Below are positions 23,009-23,910 of a DNA stretch of 23,910 bases, piece after piece. Origin of the DNA: an uncultured virus (IMG/VR IMGVR_UViG_3300044295_000401) (lineage: Duplodnaviria; Heunggongvirae; Uroviricota; Caudoviricetes); the IMG/VR virus record IMGVR_UViG_3300044295_000401. The stretch is one strand, 5' to 3'. Position 1 is the stretch's first letter. Every line of letters starts with the position of its first letter. A model generated the notes under the pieces. The model was not told the origin of the DNA, searched no databases, and saw nothing but the letters and a program-made list of their open reading frames with translations. A program made the translations under genes and the position numbers.

Positions 23009-23323
23009 ATGATTTACATTATGTTTATTATCTTTAGCGTTAACCCTTATGAGGTTGAACCTAAATATAACGAGGCTATTAAAAACGCCAGGATTGCTTC
23101 TTACAAACAATCTGGCTTAGAGAGCCAGGTAACTAATCTAGCTAATACAACCGGTTCTAAAGTCAATCAATGGTTGTATAAGAATAACTTAAAGTCTGTA
23201 TCACAAGTTGTAACGGTTTCTGCTCCTATTATTATTAAAAAAGAAATTAGCTTTCAATACAATAATGTAATGTTTGTTGGTAACTCTAATAAGAAACAAC
23301 TTACTTGGACTGTTTCATTTTAA
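23009..23323 (+). CDS. probable exported or envelope protein; the only credible plus-strand gene
   Basis: Occupies an otherwise empty gap; own promoter; hydrophobic N-terminus; ends QLTWTVSF. Confidence 0.7.
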   Translation: MIYIMFIIFSVNPYEVEPKYNEAIKNARIASYKQSGLESQVTNLANTTGSKVNQWLYKNNLKSVSQVVTVSAPIIIKKEISFQYNNVMFVGNSNKKQLTWTVSF

Positions 23324-23547
23324 AGCCATTCAGGTAGATGATCTTTCTTATCTTTAATAAAGATAAAAGTATAATTTTCTTTTAGTCCGGATGACCAGAT
23401 TTCTCCGGTCTTTTTATCGGACTGTCTAACTAAAACAATAGTGTTTGTAAAGTTATTTGTAATTATACAAACTTGTTCTCTCCAATCTTTATTCCAAGTA
23501 TTACCAATTAGCTTAATCTTTTGATTCGGTTTAAACTGCTCAAACAT
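23320..23547 (-). CDS. hypothetical protein, possibly a small SH3-like barrel
   Basis: FKPNQKIKLIG...VCIIT...IVLVRQSD..TGEI; GGAG SD. Confidence 0.65.
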   Translation of the reverse strand: MFEQFKPNQKIKLIGNTWNKDWREQVCIITNNFTNTIVLVRQSDKKTGEIWSSGLKENYTFIFIKDKKDHLPEWL

Positions 23548-23809
23548 TTATATACTCCTGAACATCAATCTTCTCTAATTGTATAAACACATACTCATAA
23601 GGTATAGCAAGTCGATCGCTTGTATACATAGCTATCCATTGTTTAATTCGTTGTTCACATTGTTCCTCAATATCTTGGTGAAAGATTTGATTTTCAGTAG
23701 CTTTTAATGTATCCTTTAAGTGTTTAAGCTTTTTAAGTTCTTCTTTGATATAAGGTTGATTGATAATCAAAAACTCAATTACATCTTCTTTAATATCATG
23801 AGTAATCAT
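23540..23809 (-). CDS. hypothetical protein
   Basis: 89-aa ORF; ATGA overlap upstream. Confidence 0.65.
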   Translation of the reverse strand: MITHDIKEDVIEFLIINQPYIKEELKKLKHLKDTLKATENQIFHQDIEEQCEQRIKQWIAMYTSDRLAIPYEYVFIQLEKIDVQEYINV

Positions 23810-23910
23810 TTAATCACTTTGAGTTTAGGTTTTTTACCGTTAATATCTTTAATTGTATTAAGTAGTTCACTTACTACAAGATATTCGTCATATCCTTCAA
23901 ACGAAATAGA
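23806..23910 (-). CDS. 3' end of a gene entering from outside the window
   Basis: Open frame ...SISFEGYDEYLVVSELLNTIKDINGKKPKLKVIK-TGA in an ATGA overlap with the next gene. Confidence 0.6.
   Translation of the reverse strand, partial: SISFEGYDEYLVVSELLNTIKDINGKKPKLKVIK

Noticed and set aside
1..23910. Stop-codon reassignment
   Set aside because: Conserved genes are intact in code 11. TAG and TGA end genes at tight junctions (e.g. TAG-ATG at 11303-11306 and many ATGA overlaps).

Overview
This window is part of an AT-rich dsDNA bacteriophage genome in the standard genetic code, covering the replication, recombination and nucleotide-metabolism region. It has no virion genes, and all credible genes but one are on the minus strand. 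Recognisable products are a family-B DNA polymerase, an AEP-primase/DnaB-helicase fusion, a Rad52/Sak-like annealing protein, a Cas4-like PD-(D/E)XK nuclease, a class II ribonucleotide reductase split by a 319-aa Gln-ending LAGLIDADG intein, ThyX, a GMP reductase/IMPDH-family enzyme, a deaminase, a DUF5664 dNTP diphosphohydrolase, two metallophosphoesterases, a HAD phosphatase, a P-loop kinase, two BCS1-like AAA ATPases, two free-standing HNH endonucleases and a Pth2 peptidyl-tRNA hydrolase. Reading the DNA directly adds several things not in the ORF track. There are eight sigma70-type promoters, four of which place an ATG at or next to +1 (predicted leaderless mRNAs). Two intergenic elements 11 kb apart share sequence and a hand-predicted three-way-junction RNA fold, and one displays an anti-Shine-Dalgarno loop. 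There is also an acidic Sm/Hfq-like protein and several Cys/His micro-proteins. Together these suggest an undescribed phage layer of RNA and translation control. That is inference from manual reading; no searches or folding programs were run.
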